Source: Ruditapes philippinarum
Taxonomy: Eukaryota
Length of the DNA stretch: 64,000 bases
NCBI RefSeq assembly: GCF_026571515.1
Contig: NW_026851624.1
Location: 186,001 to 250,000 of the forward strand
Reading direction: 5' to 3'
Below are positions 1 through 14,473 of the stretch, piece after piece. The stretch's first letter is position 1; every line of letters begins with the position of its first letter. The notes under the pieces are model-generated. The model was not told the DNA's origin, made no database searches, and saw nothing but the letters and a program-made list of their open reading frames with translations. Made by a program: the position numbers and the translations under genes.

Positions 1-1014
1 TAAGTCGTCTTTCACCATTTATTTAACCAGGAATTGGTATTTATCTGCACAGATAAGATTCAATAAGAATTGATTCATGCTAGTTTAAGTACTATTGTTA
101 GAATGTTGAATTGCTCTGAAACAATGAGTAAACATGTTATGATTATTGCTGACGGAGGAAATATGATTACAGCGTTTATTTTGAAATTGTATGGCATGAA
201 TAAAATAATATCTTCGAGAGATTAATGTCATGCTTTAAGGTTGAGATGAACCGAATTCCCAAATATGAAACACATAACGGTTTGATAATTACAGCAAAAT
301 GATTGACTTTTAACCATAAACATGTTTACAGTAAGCATATTACAATTGTATTACCCGTTAAAGTCACTAAAGCACTGACAAAATTTCTCGGAATTTGGTT
401 ATTGTTACTTTAACAATCGACTTTCTTAATGAAAAAAGTACCAACTACCTTTGCATTTCTTTATTTGCATGCTTGTGTTAAAGACCCGTTATGCCTAAAA
501 CATGCTTTAACTCTTATTTATCAAAAGCTCTCTTTTTACTCTTAGTTGTCCTATTATAGTTTCCAAAACGTTTTTAATTTGGCCAATTAACTATGTCATA
601 GTTTGCATCTGTAGCGTGTTGGCAATAAGTAGTTATAGCGACTCAGTATTTGAATAACAAGAAAATAATTTATTTACATTTTGCTTCTTGTTTGACCAAT
701 AATTTCATGTGAACTCGGCGATAATTTCTTTTAGTGATTCGCATATGTAGCGCTCTAAACAATTACTAAAACGCTATAAAGAATGAAAAATGATATTCGT
801 TTCTCAGGTTTAACGTGTCTTTAAAAAATTGTTAAGGGTCTTTTTTCTGAATCAAGTCATTTCAAACTGAAATCAATCCAATGAAGCGAGGAGGCGGATA
901 ACTTTAAGTGGTATTTGTTCTTTTATTATGAATGCCCGATGAACTATGTATGGAGGTTGCTACGCCGTCATCCATTTCACTTTACATGTAACATCTTATT
1001 TCAATTTGCCTTAC

Positions 1015-1185
1015 AAGACCGTTCCTATTTTCAATTCATTGGGTGTTCAAACACACATCCGTAACATCGTTATTGATGTGCACGATTCTATTGTTCGTTG
1101 CAATTTCTCACTTTTGATGCATTTAAAAACGACCTCAGACATCAGGTTTAAGTGCATAGACAGGAAGTTTAGTTAAAGCTAACAC
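1015..1185. promoter_or_regulatory. Repeated ~170-bp enhancer-like module, copy 1 of 4
   Basis: Shares TTATTGAT and AAGTGCA...AGGAAGT...AAAG with 8850-9020, 9650-9800 and 11100-11270. (A)GGAAGT is an ETS-type site. Regulatory role is inferred. Confidence 0.55.
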
Positions 1186-2929
1186 TGCACACATTGAATC
1201 TTAATAGTATTTACCTTGTGATTCAAACAAATGTGCTAAAACGTGATTTCGCTTTTATGTTTAATTACAGAAGCGGCTTTCAGGTAGGGATTTCCTCTTT
1301 TCATTAAATTGCTCCCCGATTGGATCCAATGTAAAATGAATTTACAATGGAACCGTATTTTTATTTCATTTCCCACGTTTTAGTTTTTCTTTTCAAGTTA
1401 TTTTTACTACTCGCTCCAAGAACCAAGAGCATCATTATACGAAATTTTGGGAGCTATTATATGCGAGTTATTATAGTTAAAGACATTGTCCACTGTCCAT
1501 ATGTGTCCGATACAGGTGTTTTGTTTTTGAAATAGCAAGTAATAGCGTATCAGGATAATACAAATAAGTCAAATAGTAGCTAAAATAAGGATCTTACACC
1601 GGCTGCTGGTATAGACCGGACTTTCACACTTTCTTAATCAGGTTTATATTTCGCACAACATATTTTGCAAATTACATTTTGGTTAGCTTTAGATATTGTA
1701 CTTTTAACAGCCAGATAACTTTCAACTCCCATGTTTCCTGTCGTTAGAGACCTCTTTATGTTATATGTACTGAGAAATGGAAAATTGAATTGTTTTGACA
1801 GTCTATTCTTAAATTAGTAAACTATTGGAACTGGTAGACAAATTATAGAAAATGTAATCGGTTTAACATCAACATTGATAACTGTTATCACACTAATTGG
1901 AAACAAAACAAGCCACATGAACACGATAATTGATAAAATTATAAATCGGCATGTTTTTGTTATGATTTAACCACATACAACTAACAATACTCACATAAAT
2001 TGACAAGAAATAAGAGCACTATACTGAATTATTTTTAGCTATATCTACTAGTATCTTTTACAAGTACAGTTTTATCACAAATTGCAACGCTGTACGGCTT
2101 ACGCCTTTTCATATTTAAAAGCATCTGGCGGGATTATCGGAGAAATATGTTAAAATCAGATGACTTTGGATTATAAATAGCTGAGCGGTAAGAACAATGA
2201 TATATATTTTTCTCAGGTATTATTTACATTTCATTATATTTGCGATATTATGTATATCTTAGTATGTTCTTTAAACCTTACTAATAATCTGGATGTAAAA
2301 GAAATTATTACTTTTGTTTTATTCTAAAACTAACCCCAAACACGTATTCTTTGATATGATATGATTGGATGATTTTACATGTACATCAACGCTTGATTTA
2401 CAAGCATCAATTTAAAAGTTTATGTGCACTATTTTAGACGCATTAATTTTCTTTTCACTATACAATGGCAATGCTATTTTAAATAAGGTATGTTCATATT
2501 CTTATAGATTCATACAAGAGTGAAAAAATACTGAATATTATTTTAATATCTAACTTTTTTTGTTCTTTTTGTGTGTTCATGAATAGAATATTTGAATATA
2601 TTAAATAACATTTTTGGAACGCCTATTACTTTACAAATATTCAACACGCTGAATAACTATTTAACTATTATTAAAATAAATCAAACTAGCGATAAATTCT
2701 TTATCAACTTTACCAAACATTTATCATGAAATATAAGATTCGACAAAGTAGTATAAAATAAATTTTGTGAAGCTGTTATATATCAAATGAATGTCTCTCT
2801 AAATTCCCATTTAGCTTTCTGATCCCGGTAAAAACACTGTATTAAATAATTTCCTGATCAGACGTTTCACATTTGTTGTATTCAGCGCCAAAGACTTAAC
2901 TCTTAGGCTTTGCTGTATGTAAAAGTATG

Positions 2930-3120
2930 AATCTAGTAGTCTCCCTTGGCCTTATTTCTAGGATAAAACTCCAGATAAACCTTGTCCGGTAGTCGGGGAG
3001 ATATTTCACTTATAATCACAACGTGCCGTCATACTGGACAGAAACACTTAAGTACATTGACAGTCTATCCAATTATAAGACAAAATAGCAAAGCAGGCTG
3101 ACGACTTAAGCAATATAATT
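2930..3120. repeat. Old repeated module, also at ~6360-6500 and ~21450-21620
   Basis: Shared GACAGAAACA core. TAGTCTCCC...GGAGATATT is shared with 21450. Confidence 0.65.
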
Positions 3121-4004
3121 TTCTAAACAGCTAGACTGATGATGAAAAACCTGATCTATTTATGTAGATGAAATGTCTAGTTTATAGTAAAGTAATCAAA
3201 TTTGTTGAAGCTGATTTTCTTGTATCTAACATCGGACTAATTGTACAATATTGAGCAAGTTTTAGGTAGCAAAAACAATGTTCACAGGTACATGCATATT
3301 TAGAACAACAAATTGTAAGATTTACAATATTAAATTTATGTCTGAATTCATTTGAAATTATGATTATAAGGGTTTTTATTATTATTTTGTTTTTATTCAT
3401 TTTAAAATTATTTATTTTTTCTTTATTATTTATTTATTTTTGTTTAATTTGGTTGTGGGGAGTATTATTAAAATTTTGTTTAAATCAAACCTAATATTGT
3501 TTTTTCATTCCCATCAGATTTTGAAAATTGCTACAAAGTTTCTTTGTATATATAAAATATGGTTTTGCATGTTTTGACTTCACACAAAATAGATATGTCA
3601 TGTTTAGAACTCTACACACAATAGGTGGTCACAATAAAAGTATATAGTGTCAAAAAAACAAAAACAAAAAAAAACTGGCGGGTTTTTTTTAAGAAAAGAC
3701 CATCTTTACCTGTCTTGTAATAGGGAACGTAGCTTTCAATACAAAGTGTGTTCATTTTGTTATTCAAAATAGATATATTCAGTAAGAACTTCATAGATTT
3801 CAATAGTTTCTTTGATTAAAGTGTTTTACTGAAGGATGAGCATAGTATATCTTTAATATACCATTCGATTGAAGCCTAACAAGTGAACAAATACCAAGAA
3901 TATGGAACATTAAACATGCTGGCTAATGCTCATCATGTATAGGATGAATAAACAAAAAAAAAGACCACCGGAAATTAATAAACAATACAAACTTAATGGA
4001 ACGC

Positions 4005-4115
4005 AAATATCACTGGGAATTAGCTTTCTGTCGAGAAAATTAGATTCTAATATTTGCCAAGAAAAATAGAAACAAAAAACAGAAGCCCGATTTATTTCAA
4101 AATGCAAACATTTGA
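4005..4115. repeat. Old repeated module, also at ~7230-7335
   Basis: GAAT.AGCTTT.TG.CGA...AGATT...TTTGCCAAGAAAAAT.GAAACA in both. Confidence 0.7.
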
Positions 4116-7100
4116 AATTCCACGATGAAAAAAAACATTAACATATTTTTTAACTAGTTTTACAACTGGCGTAATTTGTTTGGAACACGATTCTTTCATA
4201 GTAAATTATAAACGACTGTAAATCAAATAAAAAGTTTGTTTGAAATTGCTAACAATTTAATATTTTGCAACGTAAATAATAAGTCAAAGTTAGCGCTGTG
4301 CAGCATAAACATACTACATACAATTTTAGAGACAGTGCAATTACTAATTGGCGCGAAATGTATAAATTTAAATTGTTTTAGAGTACTATTTCATACCTTC
4401 TTTCCAAAATAAATCAATCAATAAATAAAAAAAGAAACAACAAAAGACAACAACAAACGTTTCTGTATCAGCATACGAAATTGTGTTATTTCTTATTTAG
4501 AAATAGTTAATATATAACTCGATATCTTTAGATAAGATTAACGCGATATATCATTACTCTAACATATTGAAATACAAGCCATAAAAAGGACACTTTCTTT
4601 TTAATTTGCTACACTGTATAATAAGTTGCATTGCTTTCTTTGTTAATCATTATTATTATTATATTTATCTGATTGTAATTATTTTCGACAGTTGTACTGG
4701 AACAAGAATAAAAAAGAGTGCACAGATAAAACACAGATATACACGTGCAAGTTACCATTCCAAAATATAATCATTGTAGTCCAGGAAACGATTGAATTGG
4801 TTTGGCAGAATAACCTTAATTCAGTGAAACGTAATTTAAAGTATACTTGTAGATCAACTATGTAAGAAGCAACCTGTTTACCAATAAAACAGATAAAAAA
4901 TACGCCAGTTGGAAACAAAACAGACCTGAATGGTCGTAAAAATGAATGCATTCAGTTTTGCTGGTGATTTCATTGTATCAACTTTCCAATTATCTGCAAA
5001 GTTGTCGGGTAGTCATATTATATTATCAATTATATCTTATCAATAAATATTATCACATGAACGTGTACCGATTTGGAGAATATACGCTTGTTTAGACTGA
5101 TTAAATATCAACTTATTTGCTTTTTTGTACAATGTGAATTAGATCTATATCTGAATTTTGTAATAATTAACATTATAAGATAGTTAATAAACAATCATAA
5201 GTTTTATATTGAAATTATTTTATACTTCACTTCTTGAAACTCAAAACATTTAAATAATATTTTTATAATTTATCAAGGAAAGGGGCTTTCATAGGGCTCT
5301 ATATAAAAAACGTCCAATTATTCTATTCTATATACTGATACATTGAAGTTGTTTTACATATTAAGATGAATAATTTAATATTAATATTTTAAGTGTTGAT
5401 TTTAACGTCCTTCTAAATGCTTTAACTTCCGTTTCTATGACTTCTCTGACGTAATAAACCATTCATTACATCATTTTAGGGAAAATTTCCAACTATTTTA
5501 TTACACACTTTAAAATTGTTTTTACATAAAATAAATAAAATAATAGTAATATTTAAGAATTTTTTATAACGCCAATCGACATACTATTACTACTGTTTCT
5601 ATGATCTCTGAGGTTATAAACCATTCATCATCTTAATGAAAACTTAAAATATGTCCTGGCTGTGCGTTATCAAACAGTACAGATATGTGGTTGATCTTGA
5701 TCTGCACAGATATCATGGGTGGAATCAGACACATATACTCGATTACGAATATAGAACAAAATAATTACAATTTTTAAAGTATTACACTTTCTTTTAAAAA
5801 ACGAGAAAAAAAGACACTATTACCAATTACTTTGTTTAAACAAATTGACATGTAATGAACATAAATCCAGAATATTGTAAGTTAAAACTGTTTTTCCGAC
5901 AATTACAATGAATAGCTAATAGCTTGATCATTTACTTGTGGAACGATCATATAGTATTTATCCAATACAAATGACTGTTTGTATGCTCAAAAGATCTTAT
6001 CAATGTTATATTATCTACATAACTGACTATTATACTATTATCGAATATTACATTCACATTTTCTCATTCAACTGCATATAAATTCTTATAAATTCTAACT
6101 CCTTTAAATAGCATGAGCATCCTCTTCTTTTTGTTTATTATATTTTATCTTCAGAACAGGTGTATTACTAAATGCCAACAAGATTCGAGCTATCATTTTA
6201 TTAAGGTTAAAGCCTGTTTCCTCCTCATTTCGTTTATACCTTCTTTATTGTTTTAACAAAATTTTAATAACATTTTATTTTAAAGTATAGTGATAAAATA
6301 TATTTACATGGACAGATCTATTTCTGTATTTACCTCTACTTTTTGGAAGTATTTTTTCAAGCCTTCTCATGATGACCTGATTACTGAAAGTAAATCTCAT
6401 TGCATACCGTACACCAGTCGTGCATATACTTTATTGATAAACTTTACGTGCTGACTAGGCGGACAGAAACACTTTGTTTAACTGGCAATCTATTTTGCTA
6501 ATAAAAATAAAAAGAAACGACTACGTCAATTGATTTATTTTATAATTTGGAAAACAAAAGTCCGGAAGAGAGAAAGCGAGTGGTTAAGCTTTAAAGTGCC
6601 AATTGCTAAAGCAATATTTCTGAAACAAATTAATATGATTCAAAATATAAAATTAATTAATTTACTAATTGCCTATTGAGCAAAATGGAATATAATATGA
6701 AGAAGGTAGATTATTTAATACCATTATACTTTTAGTTCACTCGAACTATCTTGTCTTGAAAGAAGCGCTTGCTTGATTTTAGTTAATCTTTCCTTTTCAT
6801 AGGTAATCGGAGATATTTTGTCTTGTTTTAAGTAAAAAAAGCTTTCTTAAACTGCAATGACTTTTATAATGACAATAGTTGCTTCTAGACCACATGCTAA
6901 CTCGGAGAAAAAAAATCGAAAAAAAACAACAGAATGCACTTAGTCGATGTACTTAATTGTCCTCGTAATTTGATTGGTTATTAGATCATTACATCACATC
7001 TCTGTCGAAAAATATTTGTAAGTGTTGAAGATTGCAAGTGTACGGGTCAATGACTCTATTTATCTAAAACAATTAATCTTACAAATAGTATAGCATATTA

Positions 7101-8849
7101 GCATTTGATGAAATAGCAACATTTTCTTTTGATTTTGGCTGAACTTAATCATCAGTTTCAGATAACGAAAAATACCCCTACCGGATATTAATCATCTCTG
7201 CAGACGAAATAGACCGTACATTTGCAACAAGAATAAGCTTTTTGCCGAACAACTAGGAAATAAGATTTAAAATGTTTGCCAAGAAAAATTGAAACATGCA
7301 ACAGTATCTCTATCTGTTTTCAAAATTAGCATTTTCGTACAGGTCAAAGAGTAAAAAACCCATTCGTTATTATTACCCGTCACTTTTTTGAAATGTTAAT
7401 TTCCCGTAGGCCAATAGGAGTAATTCTTACTGTAAACCATGTCACTGAAATTTTGTATCGTGACATAGGTAACAGTATGTTTCACAGTAAATATCTAAAA
7501 GATTAAAACCTATAGAAACAATGTCCTTATGAAGTATTCAGAAGGAGCAATAAATTATAACACATAATTTTGCGAGTAACAACAAAAACATCATCATTCG
7601 TAAAAATACGGTTACCCTTGGCTACAGTAATTTCCCATGGATGATATTTTTACTGTTATTTACAAACCTATGTGTTATTTATATTCAGTTAAAATTATAA
7701 GTTTAACAAACATGATAAATTCCGGGACTTGACTATAAGTAACTGTAAGTATTGCGATTTTCATTGCAATAGAATATGTCCGGCAAATACAGTATTTTAC
7801 AATAAAACAATTGTAAGAATGGTTTACATAATTATATTTCTTAAATAATTCCGTAGATTTGCATCATTTGCATTTACATGAAATAGTAAAAATATTAAAA
7901 CACATTTTTATGAGATGTTTTCCTTTGTTTCTTTTTGTTTTTTCAAAGACAAACAATGACGTTTTCCTCTAATTATTCGCCATTATTTTTTTTCTTATCT
8001 TAACTTGTTTGTATCTTTTTGCAACGCAGGTGTATTCTATAAAGCAAGCTCATATTTATATAATGCTAATACTGTTATCTTTAGCGATATTGTTCAGCTG
8101 CGAGTAATGATTAATTTTTTAGACCTATTTATTTCATGTACCCGAATAGTATGTACTTTTCAATAAATGTCTAAAAAAGCTCTTCATCAAAGAATAATTT
8201 CCGGTCTCATATTTAAAATATAACGATATATCGCAGGTCAGTGTGATATTATTTGCTTAAAAGCTGCTGAGAAAGGCGGCGGTATTTCGTCACAATTCTT
8301 TCAGGAAATGTTAAGCAAATGACGTATTTTTTTTCTATTTAGACTTTAACAGGACAAATGGCCCAAATGTCACAATCAAATCACATTATTATGATTATAA
8401 TGCCAGGAAAAAGGGAAACAAGTTCTTAATTACATTTTAAAGTTTGAAAATTTCATAACATCTGAAATGAAAAAAGCAGACCATTATTTTCTTTCTTCTA
8501 CTGAGTATCAATAGTTCAATGCACACCTTTTACTAGATACATCGTACCTAATATCTTTTGTATAAACGTTAAGAACACTGTTTTTTTTTTGTTACAAAGA
8601 GAACAAAACTTTCATGCTTTTTTTCTGATTAGCCTTTGTATGGTTTAAAAACTTAAAGCAGTTGAATGAGTCATGAGTTGTGTAGCTCCTTGTCGCACCT
8701 TTTGCTTGTTGGCGTTTGTTTTGTCACAACAGTCATCAAAACGCTGATGAACACTTGAACCTTTTATGTTAGAACCGCATGTTGAACTTTTTATTACGGT
8801 TTGCATAATTGTACTTCAAATCTTTACATCGTTTTCCAATTTACCCTAC

Positions 8850-9020
8850 CTGCTCATTCCTCGTTTTCATTCATTAAGTATTCACAAACACATCCGATGT
8901 ACCGTTATTGATATGCACATTTCTTTTGTTTGTTGCACTTTTTCACTTTTGATTAATTCGAAAACATTCTCAGACATAATGTTAAAGTGCAGTAACAGGA
9001 AGTGCATTAAAAGCTATCAC
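8850..9020. promoter_or_regulatory. Repeated enhancer-like module, copy 2 of 4
   Basis: CACACATCCG...GTTATTGATATGCAC...CTCAGACAT...AAGTGCAGTAACAGGAAGTG; closest to copy 1. Confidence 0.55.
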
Positions 9021-9649
9021 TTTTCTTGGAAATATTTTTTTTTGAGTTTTGAGATCAAATGTGATAAAGTATTTTGTCACTTCAAGCACTGCTTAACGAC
9101 TAGTTTCCATAGAAATGAAAAATCAGACATTTTGGCAGAAGTCAAATATGTGGCTTTTTTGCAGTGTAAAAGTATTACAAAATTTAAATATTATTCGTAT
9201 TTGAAATGTATACCTCAACAGATACCAAAACAAAAAAAGGCAATATACAACAAAGACAAAAACAAGATCCATAAAGAACGCCCAAAACGGCATAAATATA
9301 AAATGTTGCACACCCGGTAATTTTTGTGCGTAGATGTTTGTTTTTGGGTTTATTATTTCAGCTTATTAATTGTTCATATTAAGAGTTACAAATCGGGCAT
9401 GTGCACTGATTGTCGATTTCATAGTTTTAAACTTAGTAACAGTTTATTGAACTTCGATGTTTTGATCAGCTGTCATATTATCGCTGATCATACCTTAAAC
9501 GCTTTTACATTTTTTATGAGTGTGTCCACAATCAATATAAAAGCTGACAAACACCTGTATCTATTCCATAAGGAACATCTGTTGAAAATTGTATGAACAT
9601 TGACAATTGCGTGTGTGTGTTTGTACTGAAAATCATTTTTGCAATGTTC

Positions 9650-9800
9650 TATTCTAGTCCGTTTCTAGTTTTGATTCATTTATTATTTAAAAACCCAGCC
9701 GGTGCATCATTATTGATGTACACGTTTCTTTTGTTTGTTACAATTTGTCATGTTTTGATGTTTAAGTGCAGTAGTAGGAAGTGTTGTAAAAGCTCTGGCA
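9650..9800. promoter_or_regulatory. Repeated enhancer-like module, copy 3 of 4
   Basis: GTGCATCATTATTGATGT...AAGTGCAGTAGTAGGAAGTG. Confidence 0.5.
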
Positions 9801-10089
9801 GCAGACATTATTCTCTTAGACTATATGATAAGAAGATTTCTCGTGATAATAACAAAACAAATGCCTTCGTTATTCAAATTAATAAAAGTGTGTTGCGCAC
9901 CATGGTAAAATCCGATATTTTAACAAGTGTCAAAATAACTTATTGTTAACAAGCAAACTGATGTAAAATATAAAATGCACCAAAATCTCAATTGACTTAC
10001 TTTTTTTTAATTTCCACCACATTCTTAGAAAAATTTCTTTGAACATCATAGTGCTTTATCTGTTCACGACATCATTAATGCTGGCTGAT

Positions 10090-10400
10090 TTTAATATGTT
10101 GATATTCTACGTGTACCCTATCTTGAAATCTTATTTTACGCAAGGTTTCTTTGAGCACCCTTCAGAAAACTCGCTGTCCACTTAGTCACACTCGAAGAAT
10201 CATTTCCGATGTTTGCCCTGAATAATAATCAGACAATTATCTGAAATATCTGTATTTTCCGCTGATCTGCGGTCTTGAAATTGAATATTTCTCGAGCAGT
10301 AGAATGACAAAATCAAATTGTTTCAGCAGCATACCCCTACAAAATTGATAGATAAGGTACTCCAGACAAGATTTGCAAGATTTCGCTTTTTTACATTGTT
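10090..10400. repeat. Conserved ~300-bp module, also at ~11545-11860 and ~19995-20320
   Basis: Invariant 27-mer TGAATAATAATCAGACAATTATCTGAA in all three copies, with collinear flanks. Confidence 0.85.
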
Positions 10401-11099
10401 AACTGTCTTACATGTGAAAAGAACGATCAACAACAGCTGAAAAATACAAAACAAAATCAACGCTTTTAAGATACAGGAGACATTTTATATTTTGTTTGTA
10501 AGCTGTTTTTTTTTATTTCCTTTATTTTTTGCTATCTTTAGCTGTAAAATAGATAAATTGATTAAATTTGTTTGACCACCTCAATAAACATGTATTTGTC
10601 TTTACACTTTACCTCATTTTAGCAAAAAATCAGTTTCTTATAAAATATTCATATCTTGTAACTGTGCTCTCAGTTTGACAGAGTGTTATCATTTCCTAGG
10701 CAGGTGTTATGACCTCAAACTTCTTTTAGTAAATGCTCATGAGGTTACCTGTTTTAAATACTACTATATATAATTGAAGGGGAAATGATGTTACGAAATT
10801 TAAATGAATTTCTGAGCCACAAACGTTAGACAAATCTTTAGGTTCAAATTGTTAAAGTTTTATAAACCGGTCTGACTTTATTGTCTTAAACTAAGTAACA
10901 GCACATTTAAATAATTTGTTCCTTAATTGTTTGTAATCACCTCTTCATCACGTTCTTGTCGTGACAATCCCACAATCCCCATAAAAGCTTTGGGACACCT
11001 GTTACTCTTCATAATGGTACGTCTGTTAGATATTTTATCAACGTTTACAACTATTTTTTATGTTTAAATGTCGCACATCTTAACATCATTTTGCAGTCA

Positions 11100-11270
11100 C
11101 CTCTTCTAGTCTGTTTTAATTTTTTATTCATTAAGTATTTAAAACACAAGCAGTGCATCATTATTGATGTCCTCGTTGCTATAGTCTGTTGCTGCAATAT
11201 ATTTTGTATTAATTCAGAAAAATCTCATGATGTGAAAGTGCAATTACAGGAAGTGTAGTAAAAGTTCTGA
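11100..11270. promoter_or_regulatory. Repeated enhancer-like module, copy 4 of 4
   Basis: GTGCATCATTATTGATGT...AAGTGCAATTACAGGAAGTG. Confidence 0.5.
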
Positions 11271-14199
11271 CTAAAGCCATTGCACTTTGTCACGAACCAA
11301 GAATATTTTAAGGGCATGCGCATGTCTGTGAGTTCATTAAAAAATGAAAATGTGTACGAAATTATATAATCAGAATAGAGAAAAGCTACGTCTTGTCTTA
11401 AACGAAATGGTCTTCATAAAGAACAAAAAGTATAACAAGGGTTCGAGAAACTTAGTCTGAGTAAGTGCCTTCATTGCCTTTAACCTGATCAACCTCATTG
11501 ATTACTATTAACTTGCGCAATTACATTTTGTAATACATAATGCACTTCGCACGAAAATTTTGTATTTTGAGCTTGTCCTTTCTGGAAATCTTGTTTCACG
11601 CAAAGTTTCGTTGAGTACCCTTTAGCAAATTCACCGTCCTCTCAATATCACTTGACGAATTATTTCCAATATTTGTCTTGAATAATAATCAGACAATTAT
11701 CTGAACTATGATCATCTGTAAGTATTCTGAGACCTTGAAGTCTGAATATTTATTTTACTTGAAAAAAATACCCAATTGAATTGGTAAAGCAGTATAACCC
11801 TACATAATTGAAAAGTAATATATATGGCAGACTAGATATGCAAGATTTAGTATGTTTTCCGTGAAAAGAGATCATTTTTTCTTCTTCGTTTCTAAATATT
11901 CTCTCTAGTGCATTGCACGATACAGAAATTACACGGATTTCATTTGATTCATTTTAATAATTGGAATCTTATATTCACAACAGTGTCGGTAATGTGGTGT
12001 AAAGACATGCTTTAAAAGAACGGTCTTTATTTTACTGTTCTAAATTTGTTGTTATGTTTTTAGACATGCAATAATTTTCAAATTAACAAATAGAAAACTA
12101 CCGACGATATATCTGTAATATACTGAATGACTTTCCTTTCAACAAGAAGATAAATACTAAATATCAACATAGATGCATTAATTTTATTTTGATTTTATTC
12201 CAACTTAATACTTTGTTTTAAATTAAGCATGGTTATCATAACATATTTAAAAAAGTTAGTTCTGAATACCATGAAACTTAATTATATGATTACGAGATTT
12301 TGGATTTTGCACGTACTCTTTTGGACTCTGCTCGTACTCAAAACAATTTTCCTAAAGCATTAAAACAATTACTATATGTTCATTTACCGTTGTACCTATA
12401 AACAAATATTTTTTGACGTTTTTCATAACTTTAATTAGTTTTACCTGACTACAGGTATTCATTACTTCAATGGCGGTTTTCTTAAGTCTTAATTCAGAAT
12501 AACTTAATGTTCATTTTACCGATATAACTATAAACTAATAGCTTGTATCTTGTTTTTTGTAGATTTATTTTTTTTCTAGTATGAAGGTATTTGTTACTTG
12601 AATGGCGGTTTTGAAAGAACTGCTATTGTCGCTATAAATGACGCTTTCAAAAGAATGCAAAACAACAAAACCAATAATGGTGGCCTATATCAAATACAGT
12701 ATAATCTTTTACCTTGCAAATTGTTAATGTGTTTTGATGGATAGTGCTATATGGATAAACAATGTATGTTTTCTATATCTAATTAATGAATTTGTATGAC
12801 TAATAATGTGTGAACTTTTAACTCTTTCTAACGCTGAACATGATATCTTTTCGATAAAAGCATTTTTCTTATGATCTTATGAACCTTTACTTTTTCTCTG
12901 TTTCCATTTTTCAAGAAGTCATCGTCTTAAATAGCGCAATTAGCCAATTAGTCTGATCGTAGTAAAAGGCAAAACTATTCAAGAAATTCAATATTTCAGA
13001 ATGATTTTTAACCAACATTATAAACGGCTATTGCTTAAGGTTTGTTAAAAAAAAACTTCACATTAACATACATTTCCCCGAGGTAATTTTTTTTAATTTT
13101 CTTTTCTATTTTGCATTTTGCTAATGAATCTGTGAAAGGTTGTCTTTAACCATATACACGCAGGTGTATTAGTTTTTAAGATCCTCGCCGTAAATGGCGA
13201 CTTAATGGGTTTTCTGGAGTTTAAACATATCTTAGCTTCAGCTGTTGAGGTGATTTTGATCCCTGGTGTTGCTGTAGGGCTTTAACACCAAGGCTGGCCA
13301 GAATCATCACAAACAAACAAACCAACAAACAAAAAACCTTTGCCACTAGTAAAGAACAAGGCCAGCCTGCACAACCACGAGTCTTAACTATATGTATACA
13401 TTTTGCTGTTCAATGTTTGTAATTTGTTTTTATTACAGTCCGTTTCATATTAAATTGATTGTTCTAAATTAAAAGCAGGTCACTTTAATGACAATAATTT
13501 CAGCAGATAATAAGTGTTAATAAGGTATGATTACATGCGGTGAGAGATTAAGAGTATGCGTGCTCTTTTTGTTATTTACTATTTTACTTATTCATTGAAT
13601 TGGGTAATTTCTTATCAGGTTTTACAAAGTTTTTTTTTTGGCTTATTTTGTTCTACTCGAATTTGGAACGCGAAAACGGATATGCGAATGATTCAAATAA
13701 AACTATTGGGTAACTGTAGATAGTTTTTCTTTCATCTCAACATTAAAGTAATAGCGACACGAAACTGGATCATTAAATATAGTTTAACAAATTATCTGTA
13801 ATGTATATTCGGAAGAGGCGGTACTTTAATTTCAATTTCTTTCATCATTTGTATGTCATGAGTTTTTTTTTCTTGTTTGTATCCAGAATCAAATATATAT
13901 GACGTCATTCCAAGTATAGAACATAGATAACCGTAATAATTAGACTATTAGGGTAACTGTATCGGAATAAACACAACGCACTCCTCCTCCAGGGAATACA
14001 GAAAATATACGATGTAACTCTACATTGTGTAAATATTTACTTTATTATAACTTCTTATCTTCTTCAATATGCGAATTTATAGAATAATTAAGCATGCTCT
14101 CTTATAAATTGGATATAGATTTGACTTCCAGATAAAGTTTGTTTTATTATTGTTTTTAAAAGTAAGTAGCACATAAATGTGTTGAATTACGTAACTACT

Positions 14200-14473
14200 A
14201 CATTGCTTAGTACTGATTGGTTCCAGGTACGGATCCGAGAGGGTATCAATAAGCGTATAGCTTCCAACACGATCGAACTAAAATAAATTAGTATAAACGA
14301 ACTGCATTTGTCTCCGAATAGTTACAATCCCCTGTAACGGACGGACAAGCCGCTGTGTTATTGAGCAGGACATTTTACGCTCATTGCTCAGCAATGGTTG
14401 GTTCAAAGACCGGATTCGAGAGTTTGTCTATAAGCTTATAGCTTTCTACACAATCAAATTGAAATAAATTCTG
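14200..14473 (+). mobile_element. Two adjacent 5'-truncated copies of the same SINE
   Basis: CATTGCTTAGTACTGATTGGTTCCAGG...CGAACTAAAATAAATT (14201-14297) and CATTGCTCAG...GGATTCG...TATAAGCTTATAGCTT (~14320-14473) match the 56.2-kb element. Confidence 0.85.

Noticed and set aside
8766-9949. Three adjacent + ORFs (184, 90 and 118 aa), plus the similar ORF at 946
   Set aside because: F/I/L/K-rich AT-bias composition, they run through a repeat fragment, and the frames are not preserved among the four module copies.
11279-11300. miR-92-like seed ATTGCAC and other miRNA seed matches
   Set aside because: No full mature-sequence match and no pre-miRNA hairpin.
13000-13039. 40-nt exon MIFNQHYKRLLLK, phase 0
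   Set aside because: The paralogue (22817-22857) is 41 nt with a stop and the acceptor is weak; at most a non-coding exon.
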